Below the pieces are notes generated by a model. The model was given only the letters and a program-made list of their open reading frames with translations. It searched no databases and was not told the origin of the DNA. Below are positions 26,923 to 40,770 of a stretch of DNA of 64,000 bases, in pieces. The position numbers were made by a program, and so were the translations under genes. Source of the DNA: Selaginella moellendorffii (taxonomy: Eukaryota > Plantae > Lycopodiophyta); NCBI RefSeq assembly GCF_000143415.4, contig NW_003314274.1:1892213-1956212 (forward strand). Direction: 5' to 3'. The first letter of the stretch is position 1. Every line of letters begins with the position of its first letter.

Positions 26923-29900
26923 TCTGAGGGCCAAGTGTATGGCTACAATGCCGCATACTAATATTAGCGTAGTGGGAGCCGTCAGATTGATTTCAATCTG
27001 GACCACTTGCTCCTGTATATAAGTTAGGGTTTTTTGGGCTAATATATATACACATTTTCTATATTCCCTTTCTATATTCTAAGCACTCACATTGGTGGAG
27101 ATGAGGGGCACCCTTGATTGTCCCTGAGGAGTGCTTGAATTTGGGATTTTGGTTTAGATTTAGCTTTTTGCATCGTCTAGATTTAGCTTTTTCCATTTCC
27201 TTTCTTTTGTTCTTCCCTTCCAGAATTTTGGTTTAGATCTAGCTTTTTGCATTGTCTAGATCTCCCATTTCCTTCTTGCTTTTTGTCATTTTTTTTCTTT
27301 TGCTCTTTCTTCGTCCGTCTTCATGGTAGATCAGCAATCTCCTCCTTTTACTCTGGAGCAGCAGTTGGTACAATTTCTTGATGCTATGCGCTTGCAATTG
27401 AACAACCAAACTCAGTTGATAGCGGCGTTCACGGCATGTGGTACAACTCCTCTTGCTCTTGGTGCTAATCCTCGCGTTCGGCCGGAGTTCTTTCGCGGGA
27501 ATCCTGCGGATGATATGTACCATTGGTTCAATCACTTCACGGTGATTGCCACATATCATTCTTGGGATGATGCTCAATGTTTGCGTGAGTTTCCCATGTG
27601 TCTCCAAGGGACGGCGTTGCAATGGTACAATAGTCTGAGCACAACCACTCGTGGGGATTGGAGTGTTCTCCCGGACGTCTTCAAAAGTGCCTTCGGACAT
27701 GCCGACGACTATGATGATGCCTTCTAACAATTGCATCGTCTTCACCAAGGGCCATTTGAGTCAGTGATGCAATTTGGCATTCGTTTCCGAAGTCTTTTGT
27801 TTCGTGCGGAGCCCAATATGTCGGAGCGGATCAAGCTAGGAATGTTGTGGCTAGCACTTCATTAAGATCTTGTCGGACTTGTGCATGCACTTGCTCCTGC
27901 CACCCTTGATGATGCTCTTCGCTTGGCACAACGTTATGAGACGTCACCTCTTCCACTTCTTGCTGCCCGTCCTTTAGCTCCCCATCTGATTCCAACCGGG
28001 GATGCTCGTCCAATCAAGGTTCCTGTTCGTCGTCGGTCACCCAAGGAGATCAAAATTTTACGTGTAAACGTTAAGGAGATGTTGGAGAAGGGTGTTATTT
28101 GGAAGTCATAGAGTCCTTGGACATGTGAACCTCATTTTGTGACAAAGCCTGATGGGAGTATTCATTTATGCATCGACTATCGTCTGTTAAACGAAGTGAC
28201 GATCCCAAATGTGCCACTACTAATCTCTTGGATTGTCTGGGGCGAAGTCATTGGTTCACCAAGCTAGATCTGGGTACTGGCAAGTACCGATGGCCGAAGA
28301 AGATATTCCTAAGACTGCTTTTCATACACCATTTGGTTTGTACGAGTTCTTGGTGATGCCGTTTGGTTTGAACAATGCTCCAGCAACTTTCCAGCAGATG
28401 ATGGATGAGGTTCTTTGCGATATGCCAGAGATGATTGTTGGTTTCATTGATGATGTCTTGATCCACTCGGAGGGGACGTGGGAGGAGCATGTTCGTGATG
28501 TTTGTAAAGTGTTGGATCGGCTACATGATGTTGGTTTAAAGTTGAAGCGGTCAAAGTGCATGTTTGGGTCCAAAGACACAACCTATCTTGGGTACTGTAT
28601 TTCTTGTGAGGGCTTGCAAGTTGATCCTGACAAACTTATAGCTTCTAAAGTTCCTTACTCCGAGGTGTGTGAATGATGTGCAGCGCTTCTTGGGCAAGGT
28701 GTAGTATCTCGGTCGTTTTGTGGATCATCTTTCTAATCGCACTGCACTGTTGCAAGCTTTGCTAAAGTCATCAACATCATCTTTCATCTGGTCTCTAGAT
28801 TGTGAGCAGGCATTCGTGGATCTCAAAGAGCTATTGACGACTCCTCCAGTTTTGGCATATCCTGACTATACTTGACCTTTTATTTTGCGCGTGGATGCTT
28901 TTGACATTGGTCTTGGAGGTGTGTTGATGCAAGAGAGCTCGAGTGTGCCTAGTCAACGCCATCCCATTGCGTATATAAGCCGTACATTACAACCAGCAAA
29001 GATGAACTACTCCACGACATTATTAAAGCGGAAGAACCTGGTTGGTCGTACTGCTAGATAGGCTTTGAAGTTTTAGATATATGATTTTGATGTTGTTCAT
29101 TGCTTAAGGAGTTCTATGTCTGATGTTGATGCCCTGTCTCAAACTCTTCTTCCTTGTCCACTCTCTTCTCATATTTCTGACGAACCTATTATTCCAACAT
29201 CTGTGGATTTTCTAGATGAGGATTCTGTGCCGTCGGCGGTTGCTATACTTGACATTCAGTGTCCACAAGGCACAGAGCAAGATCTACCTTCTCTTAATGA
29301 GGTTTGCAAGGCTTAAAAGATTGAGCCATGAATTCGAAAGCTTCGAGATAGGTTTGAGAATTCTACATCACTTGCTGATGACTTGCCTTTCCGGCATTTA
29401 CAATCTCAATATTGCTTTGTAGACGGCCTTTTTTATTTTGTGGGGACGGATCTTGATGATCATTTATGGCTGGTGGTGCCTTCTATCTTTATTCCACAGT
29501 TTCTCCATGTCTACCATGATTCTCCTGTTCTAGGTGGGCATATGGGACATCGCCATATAACAAAAAAGCTGTGCAGGTCTTTCTATTGGCTGGAGATGCG
29601 ACATGATATTATCCGATATGTGCGTAGTTGTGTTTGGTGCCAAGCTCATAATACTCCCCCTCGGGCTATGGAAGGACGGTTGGAGTCAATTGTAATTTCC
29701 CGTCTGTTTGAGTTGATGGCATTTTATCTTATGGGACCTTTTCCATGGTCGACTGCTGGCAATGAGTATGTTATTATTGCTTCTAACTACTTGACTCGTT
29801 GGGTGGAAGTTGGTGCTCTTGCTAGCGCCTCTGCAACTACTATTGGATATGTCCTCCTCAATCGAGTGGTGTTCCAGCATTCTTGTCCAGAGCGGATTCT

Positions 29901-30837
29901 TTCGGATAATGGACCCGCATTTATGGCTGAGGCATTTCATGTTTTGACGTCTCGGCTGGGGATATGCCACAATTTCACAAGTGCTTATCATCCACAATCA
30001 GACGGTCTGGTGGAACAGCTCATTTAGACATTCAAAGGGATGATTGCAAAATATGTGAACTTTCAACATTCGGATTGGGATGGTTATTTGCCGTCTCTTC
30101 GGTATGCATATGTCATAGAGGTGCAAAGTTCTATTAGTGCTTCACCATATAAACTCCTATATGGTCATGATTTAATATTACCAACGGAGCTGGGTTTACC
30201 TTCGCGATTGCCACGAGTTACCGATGCTAGGTTGTGGGATCAGTATTTGATGAGCATTCTTCCACTTGTCCGAGTAGAGTCTGCCAAACACTTAAACCGC
30301 ATACAAGTGGGACAACAACGGCACTACGACTCCCATCATCGCCCACCTGCGGAGTATAAAATGGATGATTTGGTGTTAGTCTGTTTTCCCCATCTTACGG
30401 TACATGGTTTATCTAAGGGGCTCCTTGTGCAGTGGAAAGGACCATATCGCGTGTTGCGGCAAGTTGAACCACAAGTTTATGAAGTTCGGCATGACGTCCA
30501 ACAGGTTGATCCTCTAGAGATTATATATGTGCAGCGGTTGAAACACTTCTTACAAAGGGATCAGGAGCAGTTAATACCACCTATAGATCCACCGATGCCT
30601 CCTCCTGATGTTCCTCTAGATCCCAGCGCGTCTACAAGAGAACCCTGATGGTCTTCCATTATTTCGAGAGGAGGGGATGATGTGAGGGCCAAGTGTATGG
30701 CTATGATACCGTATACTAATATTAGCATAATAGGATTTTGGTAGCTGTCAGATTGGTTTTAATCCAGACCACTCGCTCCTATATATAAGGTAGAGTTTTT
30801 TGGGCTAATGGATATGCACATTTTCTATATTCCCACA
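26923..30837 (+). mobile_element. Degenerate short-LTR Ty3/Gypsy element, copy 1 (internal deletion of Zn knuckle and protease)
   Basis: LTRs 26923-27091 and 30681-~30837. PPT gagaggagggga 30666-30677. gag 27323-27975. RT GYWQV, FLVMPFGL, FIDD. Integrase GGHMG, CxxC, SDNG, YHPQSDG, GPY. Flanks gtgt/gtat. Confidence 0.92.
27093..27108 (+). promoter_or_regulatory. Primer-binding site complementary to tRNA-Ala 3' end (TGGTGGAGATGAGGGG)
   Basis: Follows LTR end ...ctcaCA-t. The tRNA-Ala 3' end reverse complement is TGGTGGAGATGCGGGG (from memory). Confidence 0.75.
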
Positions 30838-30839
30838 GT

Positions 30840-33170
30840 ATAGAATATTAGGTTCCTAAAAAATGAAGTTTTTTGTTTTTTAGCATTAAAGGACATGGTT
30901 GTTAGTGACAAGATAATAGTATTCCTTGTATGATATATACATCTAAAAGCTTATAATTTTATATCATTTTATTTGAATTGTTTTTAGTAGATGACACTAT
31001 TTAGTAACTTGAAAAGAGGCATTTCATTTCTTTCTAGAAGGTTTAAGCTAAATTTGTCATTGATTGTGTAGAGGTATTGGTATGCTACTTTAGCAGAAAA
31101 ACATCTTGCTCATAGAGTTGAATGAAAATAATTGATAATTCATTTCTCCCTAACTTAGAAGGTTTAAATTTGCTATTAATTGCAAACTCCCTCCCATATG
31201 ATAAATTGCTCACACGAAGAGGAGCACTAGAGTTCTACACACAAGATCATACAAAGAAATAAGGAGCAATAGAGACGAATTCATATAGTTAAAAGGAGAA
31301 TAACACTCAATTCTCCAAGTATTGCTTCCATTATTCTCAAATATTGCCTTTAAAGTTTTATTTGTTTCTCCCATGGTGTTTCATTCCTTATTTAAAATCT
31401 ACTTGAAGTGTTGCTTCCTTACCTTTTTATTTTTTGTAAGTGATACTCAAATTTTGAAACTCACTGAAACTTTGAAGTTATAAATCTCCAACAACACTGT
31501 TGGATTGCATTTAAAGATTATAAGTGTATTCTAACTTTTCCCTTGTAATTTCTCACTGTTCAAATTTCCTTTATGAGCTTTCTATAAAAATCCCGAAGCA
31601 TTGATAATAACTAAGAACGTATTTATTTTGTGATTGAGCCATTAAATCATGCTAAAATTTTATCCATAGATACCCACTAAAATCCAAATGGGATATAATA
31701 AAGGTATGCTCAACCCTGAGTGTGTAACCTCATTGCCCCTTTGATTTTTGTAAGTGATACTAAACTCATCCAAACTTTGGAGCCATAAATTTTCAAATTC
31801 AACTGTTACACTATCTCAAAACTTCTTGAGTATGTACCCTTTCACCCCTACTATGTCTTTGCTACTCAAATTTTACATATGAATGCCCAAACAAATCCTA
31901 ATGCATTAGTAAAAACCTTAAACTTTTGTTGCAGTAAAAACTTCCATATTGATATTTTGTGATTCAACTGTTGGATTTTAATGAAATTTCACCTTCAAGA
32001 TGCTGCAAAACAAGTTGATTGCCAAAAGGAGAAGAGGAGGGAGGAGAAATCTATATCATACCCATTATCTTCTAGGCATATGATTAATTTTTATGGTCTA
32101 AGAGGTAAAATCTTTGTTTTATTATACAAAGCATTATAGAAGGTGTGGTATTTCATTCATTCCTTACTTCCCTAACAAAAAAATGTACAAAATGGCAATC
32201 ACACTAGTTATAACTCACACTTGTTATCCATACCTTCTATATTTTAGTTCTTTAGCTTTTTAGTTGAATGCTTGAGAATTTTATTCTACTCCTCTGTTTA
32301 GAGGCATAACTCCTTGAGGCTCATGTTCCGCTCTATTGCCCTTGGCACATATGTCCAAGGGTTATTGTTTTGCTCCATAGTTATCTTATATTAAATCATT
32401 ATAAGAGGGTGAAAACCATATGTGTTATACCACATTAGTGGTGTTGGACATATTGTGCCACAAGATGTTGCAAAACAAATTGGTCATTGCAATTGCCAAA
32501 GGGAGAGGTGGAGGGAGGAGAAATGTTCATCATGCCATGATTAGTGTTTATGGTACTAAAGGTAATATCTTTATCCTCTTTATATGGTATTTCATTCTTT
32601 CCTTGCTTTCCTTAATGAGAAAGCTTCTAAAAGACGAAGTCTTTCATTTTCAAGCATCAAAGAACATGGTTGTTGGTGGCAAAGTAATAGCATTCTTTAC
32701 ATAATATATATAGATCTAAGAGTTTTTGTGATCTTATTCATCTTATTTGGATTGTTTTTCAGTGGAAGAGACTATTTAGCAACTTGAGAATAGGTATTTA
32801 ATTTTTTTCTAGAAGCTAAATTTGTCATTGATTTTATAAAGGCATTGGTATGCTACCTTAGTAGGAACACATTTTACTCAGACAGTTGAATGAAAACAAT
32901 TGATAATTTATTTCTCCTTAGCCTAGAAAGTTTAAGTTTGTTATTGATTGCAGAGCCTCTTCCTGATTATAGGTTCCTCACACATCGAACAAGAAGAAAA
33001 GCACTAGAGTTCTATCTCAAGAAGAAAACAATTTACACACACAATCATATGAGGAGATAAAAAACAATAAAGAGGAACTTATAGAGTCAAAATAAAACAA
33101 CACTCTCTTCTCTAAATGTTGCCTCCATTATTCCCAAATATTACCTCTAAAGTGTTATTTTATTTCTCTT
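30840..33170. repeat. AT-rich degenerate repeat with internal duplication (30850-31370 vs 32615-33170)
   Basis: Colinear matching blocks (catggttgtt..., gttgaatgaaaa.aattgataatt, gcactagagttcta). Confidence 0.65.
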
Positions 33171-33874
33171 CAAGGATGGCAAGCAACTCATTGCAAAGGT
33201 TTATAGTGGGAGTGAGGTACATGCAAAGTTGTAAGTGTTGCCATTGCAAGAGAGAAGGATCAATCACCAAAAAAGAATGTACCAGTTATAATGCAGAGAA
33301 ATGATGATGCAATTGCATCTTTGACACCTTGTCAAACTTCCTTCAGCAAGATTGAGTTTCACTGCATTGCCTATGTATAACTGCTATTGCTGCTCAGGCC
33401 ATCCTGTACCACCATTGTTATAAATCTCCACTGGTTTTCTGGTTATGGGCCCAGGAAAAGCAGCCTTACATCTCTCTTTTATGTTGGGAAACATTGGAAA
33501 AAATGTCGGTGGTAGATCTCTCACAATATTTCATAAACTCCATACGTTTTTGCTGTGCAAGGTTATTCTCTTATGAAAGACAAAAAATTTAAAGAGAGGC
33601 TGAATAAAGCACTGGCCCTGTTGGTTTGAAGCTGATAAGAAAGCTTCGATCTCTGGCACTCTTTCATTGACAATGAAAAAGTCCCAGGTGATGAAAGCTT
33701 AACAAGGATGAAAAAAAAGAAAAGAAAGGCCTTTTTATGACACTTCCATATAAGTAAGCATAAGCAGGGCAGGCTTGTTGATGTTGTTGAGCTTCTTCCT
33801 GCATCCCAAGCGGACGTTATTCTTGATAGCATAACATCCTGAAGGTTTTTTCCAATAACAACTGAAAATTTTAC

Positions 33875-34183
33875 GTAGGTCGCAGCGATCATCCCCAACT
33901 GTGGTAAAAAGCTTCTCCCCAATTTCCCGCAACACAAGGTGAAACCACTCTCGTCTTAATCCACCCATATCATGTCTTGATTCGCCCACAAACTCCAAAA
34001 CCAGAGCCTGAGCACCTCCGGCGTCAGCTGCGCAAGACCCTTGTGAGAATCCTGTAGAATGCAGTCCCTCTTCACGCGGAGCAGCGGACGTGCAGATTTC
34101 GTGCAAGACGTAGAGCTGCCTCGTACAAACTAGACCTTGAACTCCAAGCCCAAGCTCAAAAGGCACGGCCACTTCCGGAGCAT
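33875..34183 (-). pseudogene. HECT E3 ubiquitin ligase N-lobe fragment
   Basis: One frame gives WPCLLSL...LRVKRDCILQDS...LTPEVLR. After a frameshift it reads LVLEFVGESRHDMGGLRREWFHLVLRE, the HECT F.GE.G.D.GG..REWF motif. Internal stop; no C-lobe found. Confidence 0.7.
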
Positions 34184-34461
34184 GGGCAGCGCGAGCTTGA
34201 GGGCACGAGGGTGTCTATTGGCTATGCTTTATAGAAGAGTCACGGGGTGCGCTACTGGAGCCGAGTGGTTGAGTGAGGGGAGAGAGACTTTTGCCAACAA
34301 CGAATTGAGGGATTCGGTTCATTTACTCTGGTCACCAAAGCTCAAGGGAATCCGTGATGAGCCCGCAATTGGAATTCTAGTAATATGCAATATGTGCCAG
34401 CTTTAACGGAGTTACGCACAAGAAGGTTCAAAGCTTGAAAAAGAATCCTATTTCATATCAT

Positions 34462-35499
34462 CTAACTAGCTGCCAGCTGTTGAATGTTCACAGGGGAGAC
34501 ATCACCCTTGCCTCCACTCCACCACCTTTGTGCCGCAATCTTATAAAGGCTCTGCGTGTGGTGGATACCATCAAAGTACATGTAGCTATCCGGACGAAGG
34601 CAAGCAGGAGCGTTCACCCCACAAAACATACTCCCTGTGCAGCACCCCCGAGCAGTGTTGCTAAACCCATACTTGCTAGGGTTCTTCATCGTCTCCACCA
34701 TTAGGCCATAGTAATCCGGCTTGACAATCGCCACTCCGTCCAGGCTCTTGCGCAATCCATCCAGCATCTCGTCCAGGGCGGCGTTAAACATGACCGACAC
34801 CTCGTTCGCGTGCTCGTCGCACTGGCCATTCTTCTGGTTCACGGGGATGCATCCCACCGCAGAGAGCCCGACGATCACGAACTTCCTTGCGCCGCGGCTG
34901 TGCATCCGCGTGATCTGCTGCGCAAACCTGGCCAGCAAGTTCGCCTGGAAGTCTGCCGGGAGGGAGGTGAGCCTGTTCTTGTTCGTGCTGCTCCGGAAGA
35001 AGTTGTTCACGTCGTTGTTCCCCACGCTGATGTAGAAGATGGACTTGGCAAAGAACTGCGAGGCGGCGTGATTCCCCATCGTGGCGTATAGAACGTCCGC
35101 CACCCTTTCGAAGTCGTCAAGCTGTTGATCCATGACGAGCGCGCCGTTGAGGCGAGTGGTGGGCAGGATCCCGGAGCTAGCAGACGCGAAGTTGACGCCC
35201 CGGCCGTAGGATCTCGTCCCGCGATAAGGTGGCACCAGAGGGAGACCCAAGTTCTGGGCTATGAAATCCGGGACCGTCTTGCCGTTGGTGAATCTGCCAG
35301 TGGGAAGGCCGCCCGGGAAGCTCATGCCGTAGGGGCGGTGATTCGCTCGAGCATACGTTGGCAGGAAGTTGTTGTTGCCGGCGTCCACTGTCGAGTCGCC
35401 AAAGATGAACATCGCAGGAGCTTGCGCGGTGCAGGCTAGAGGGAGGAGCAACGCCGCGAAGAGAAGAACGCACATACTCGGACGAGAAGCCATCTCCAT
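34462..35499 (-). CDS. GDSL esterase/lipase (SGNH hydrolase), secreted, intronless
   Basis: Single 345-aa ORF with signal peptide, FGDSTVDAGNN, TGRFTNG, GVNFAS, GNND and DGIH. TATAAA on the minus strand near 35531-35536. Confidence 0.95.
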   Translation of the reverse strand: MEMASRPSMCVLLFAALLLPLACTAQAPAMFIFGDSTVDAGNNNFLPTYARANHRPYGMSFPGGLPTGRFTNGKTVPDFIAQNLGLPLVPPYRGTRSYGRGVNFASASSGILPTTRLNGALVMDQQLDDFERVADVLYATMGNHAASQFFAKSIFYISVGNNDVNNFFRSSTNKNRLTSLPADFQANLLARFAQQITRMHSRGARKFVIVGLSAVGCIPVNQKNGQCDEHANEVSVMFNAALDEMLDGLRKSLDGVAIVKPDYYGLMVETMKNPSKYGFSNTARGCCTGSMFCGVNAPACLRPDSYMYFDGIHHTQSLYKIAAQRWWSGGKGDVSPVNIQQLAAS

Positions 35500-35809
35500 C
35501 TCTCTGGATTCTCAGGGTGGTGGGGGCTTCTTTATACTATTTGGTTGGCGACCATGTATGGAATGGCCAAAGTGAGCCTGCTCAAAAGGGAGTGACTTAA
35601 AGGGAAGATGTAACAAAGAAATGCCGGGTACCTTAGCTTTTGTATCGGGTCCTTTCACGGAGCTTCGAGTCTACACAAAAGTATCAAGTAGATGATCATC
35701 AAGCAATTTATCAAACTCACAGCGAACTTATGCCTGATTGTAACTGTTTTGAAAAAGAAAAACGTGATCAAAGATTGGATGAGTAAAAAATGAATCCCAC
35801 CTTAATCTG

Positions 35810-37776
<1,967 letters not shown>

Positions 37777-37890
37777 CCCACGCTAAAACCCTAGAGGTAA
37801 TCTCCTTCGAAATATTTGCCCGCGCTTTATGCAACCATATATCCAAACAACACTGTACATTATAAGCGTAGATATTACATCGCAGGAACT

Positions 37891-39297
37891 TTACTCGATT
37901 TCCATTCCTTGAATGAAATCGTCCTCGTCAGTGTCAGCCTCATTGTCAAGGCTTTCATCAGCTGCTAGTTTGCTAAGAACAAGGGAAAAAAAACCGAAAG
38001 AAATCACGAGAGGAAAAATATGGTAAAGAAAAACTTTACCTCACGCTTTGGCAGCTGAAGTAAAGCACGCGTTTTAGCTTCTTGTTGTAGAAGAAGTAAT
38101 TGAAGGACCATCTACACAATCTCCCACTCGCTATAATCTATCAGCCGCAAAAACAACCGCAAGTTACTCACATCATGCCACCGTCGTTGAAAGGCCCGAC
38201 TTGAAACTCTGGTGAGAAACTGTATATGTCACAGTCCTTGATGTCTATCACCTGGAGAAAGAAATGAATGAAATGTATAAAACACCTAGTGCGCAAGAGC
38301 TGCGTACCTCGTCGACTACTTCCCAGATAGCATCGATGAGAAGAGAACTATTTCCTAGCTCCGAAGCCCAAACCTGGCAGAGTTTTCACTTTCTTAGTCA
38401 TAAACAAACTTCCAGTAAGATACAGAAAAGCAAAACACTACCCGAGTCGCCTCTAACAGATGATAACCGATGCTCTCCTTCACACCAAGAGGATTTTCTT
38501 TCGAGAAATGGTGCGCACGCAGAGTACTGGGCTCCCAGAGAGTATTAGAAGGAGATCAAAATGAGGAAAAAACGAAAGAACCACCACCACGTCTACGGAT
38601 AAAAAAATGGAAATGGAGAGACTTGAACTCTCAAGCCCCTCACGGAGCAACGGCATTCACCGTTTGTCAACATTGGACATCACTTCCAGAAAGTATAGAG
38701 GAAAGGTCGGGTTGCTAAAAGCCACTGTTGTACCCGGAAAAAACTGGTTACCTGAAATCGTAGTCTGGATACATATGAGACAGCGTCAGTATGAGATGAA
38801 TCAGCGTCCTCCGACTAAAGAAAAACCAAGAAAAACGTAAGCAAGAAAGAAAGAAAGCAAGGAGAGTTGCAATTAAAGTGTGTACCTCGACAAGCTAGAG
38901 AGGGGGCCAACAGGCGAGGAGGAAAGGTTTTGCGGTGACATTTCAAGGGAGTCAAGAACCTGAAACAAAAGGAAGACAAAAATCTCGCATAGTTCTAAGA
39001 AAATGTGAGCCAAGATATCACGACTTACTTCTTGCTCTATGCTGCGAGAGAGCTTCTTGTCCGTGCCAGCAAGCTTGCCTGTGCAATAGAAAGCTTTCTG
39101 TCATTTTGATCCTTTGTGGAAGTCAAACTTACAGGAGTAAGCTTCAAGAACCCCTTTGAGACGACAATCCCCAAGATCCAAATTGCTTAGAAATCCATTT
39201 ATCCTGCCCGTGGGAGAACTGCTCAGCGCAAGAGCCTAGCTAGAATCTAGTAGCAAGAGAAGTACCTTGTGAAAGGTGTGTATTCGAGGAACTTCAT
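37891..39297 (-). CDS. MAF1: MAF1 repressor of RNA polymerase III transcription, multi-exon
   Basis: Spliced reading [51 protein letters not shown]...YPDYDF...[15 protein letters not shown] plus acidic tail [12 protein letters not shown]. Missed by the ORF track because the exons are short. Confidence 0.92.
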
Positions 39298-39554
39298 GGC
39301 GATGGTAGATCAAATTGGTACTGGCGAGATGGCGCTGCGAGAAAAGAATCGTGGTGTTGGAACTAGAGCAAGAGAGAACAAGGTTGCTCGTTTACCTGAC
39401 ACGCGCAGACCATCAAGGCGAGACAAAAACCTAATGTGGGCAGTAGAGAAAATATGCTCCAAAGGATATACTACCACATCATCCGGAAAAATAGCCTTGA
39501 GCTAATAAAGGAATGGTTAAACTGCCATTTTGCCCAAGAATCAGCAATGGTCAT

Positions 39555-40717
39555 TCATTGCCGGATGATCGCAATCGAGTCTAGATTTCTTTTTCCTTCT
39601 GGTCCTTTGGAGTAGAAATCCGAGACGTTATCCCGGAAGAGAACTTCACCGTAGAGGCGAGGATTTTGCTCGTCAATGAGCTCCGGAGCGGGAGAGATCC
39701 TCGTGTTCTTCGAGGGATCGTAGAACGCAGCAATCGCCATTCTTTTTTTGGTGGAGTTCACGACGACCCTGTGCTCCACGCTCTTGTATCGTCCATTGCT
39801 AAGGACCTGTAAGATCGGAGCATAGCTTTTTTCTGGAAGAACATGAAGATTACCTCAACTTGGTCGCCTAGATTTGCGATGAACGCCCCTGGAACAGGCT
39901 TGACAGCAAACCATCGGCCGTTCTTCCGGACTTGTAAGCCACCGACGTGATCTTCCATGAGCAAAGTTATGGCACCGAAGTCGGAGTGTGATTGTAAGCC
40001 GAGAGTTAGATCCGGCTGGGGGCATGGCGGATAGTAGTTCATCACTATGTTCTGGAATGGCTCCCCGATCGCGTCCTCGATGAATTTGGACCCAAGTCCC
40101 AGGGACTCGGAGATAGCAGCAAGCAATTGCCTCGAGAGGGCGAGCACTTGAGCGCTATAATCTTCGATCATTTGCCTGCGAGCAAACCATCCATGAGCAA
40201 AAGCTTCGCAAAAGTTGGTAAGAATCAAAGAAGTTCTTCACCTGTAAGATTGTTCGTGAGGCCAATTGCTCGAATTCCTCCTCCAAATGGGAAGCGCGTG
40301 ATGGTTGAGATAGTCTCTCCAATCCAAGACCTGATCGTCCCGAGTGAGCATCCGGTTCGCGTAGCCCTCGGCGGCCATCTCTCCAGGTGGAGTCGAGAAT
40401 TGGAGCTTCTCACACATCGGCCTCTCGAAGAAAATCTCGGCAGCTCGTCGCATTCCATCCATGAGTTGCAAGGGCACGCCGTGATTCGTAACATGGAAGA
40501 AGCCCCAATCCTTACAGGCAGCGCCGATTCCCCTCACAATCTCGGCGCGCTCGCGTTCTGATCCCTCTCCCAGCCCCGAAATATCGATCACTGGGAACGA
40601 TTCCTGGAAGAATGCGTCGTGCGCTAGACCCGGGCGCTCGCATTCCGGCCGAACAAAGCAGGATGGAATGGATCCGCAGCTCCTCTCCGCGATGGACTGG
40701 ACGCTCTCCATAGCCAT
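39555..40717 (-). CDS. 2-oxoglutarate/Fe(II)-dependent dioxygenase (DOXC type), 3 exons
   Basis: PVIDIS, ACKDWGFFHVTNHGV, LDWRDY, NYYPPCPQPDLTLGLQSHSDFGAITLL, HRVVVN. Start at 40717 or 40711. Confidence 0.92.
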
Positions 40718-40770
40718 AAACCCTAATCTTTGGATGCTGGCGGAATATTTCCATTTGTTTTTGGGCGGCA
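40718..40770. promoter_or_regulatory. 53-bp divergent intergenic spacer with telo-box (AAACCCTAA)
   Basis: AAACCCTAA at 40718-40726 between the two opposing ATGs. Confidence 0.45.

Noticed and set aside
34435-35575. Plus-strand ORFs overlapping the GDSL gene
   Set aside because: Antisense shadows of a GC-rich coding exon with no motifs.
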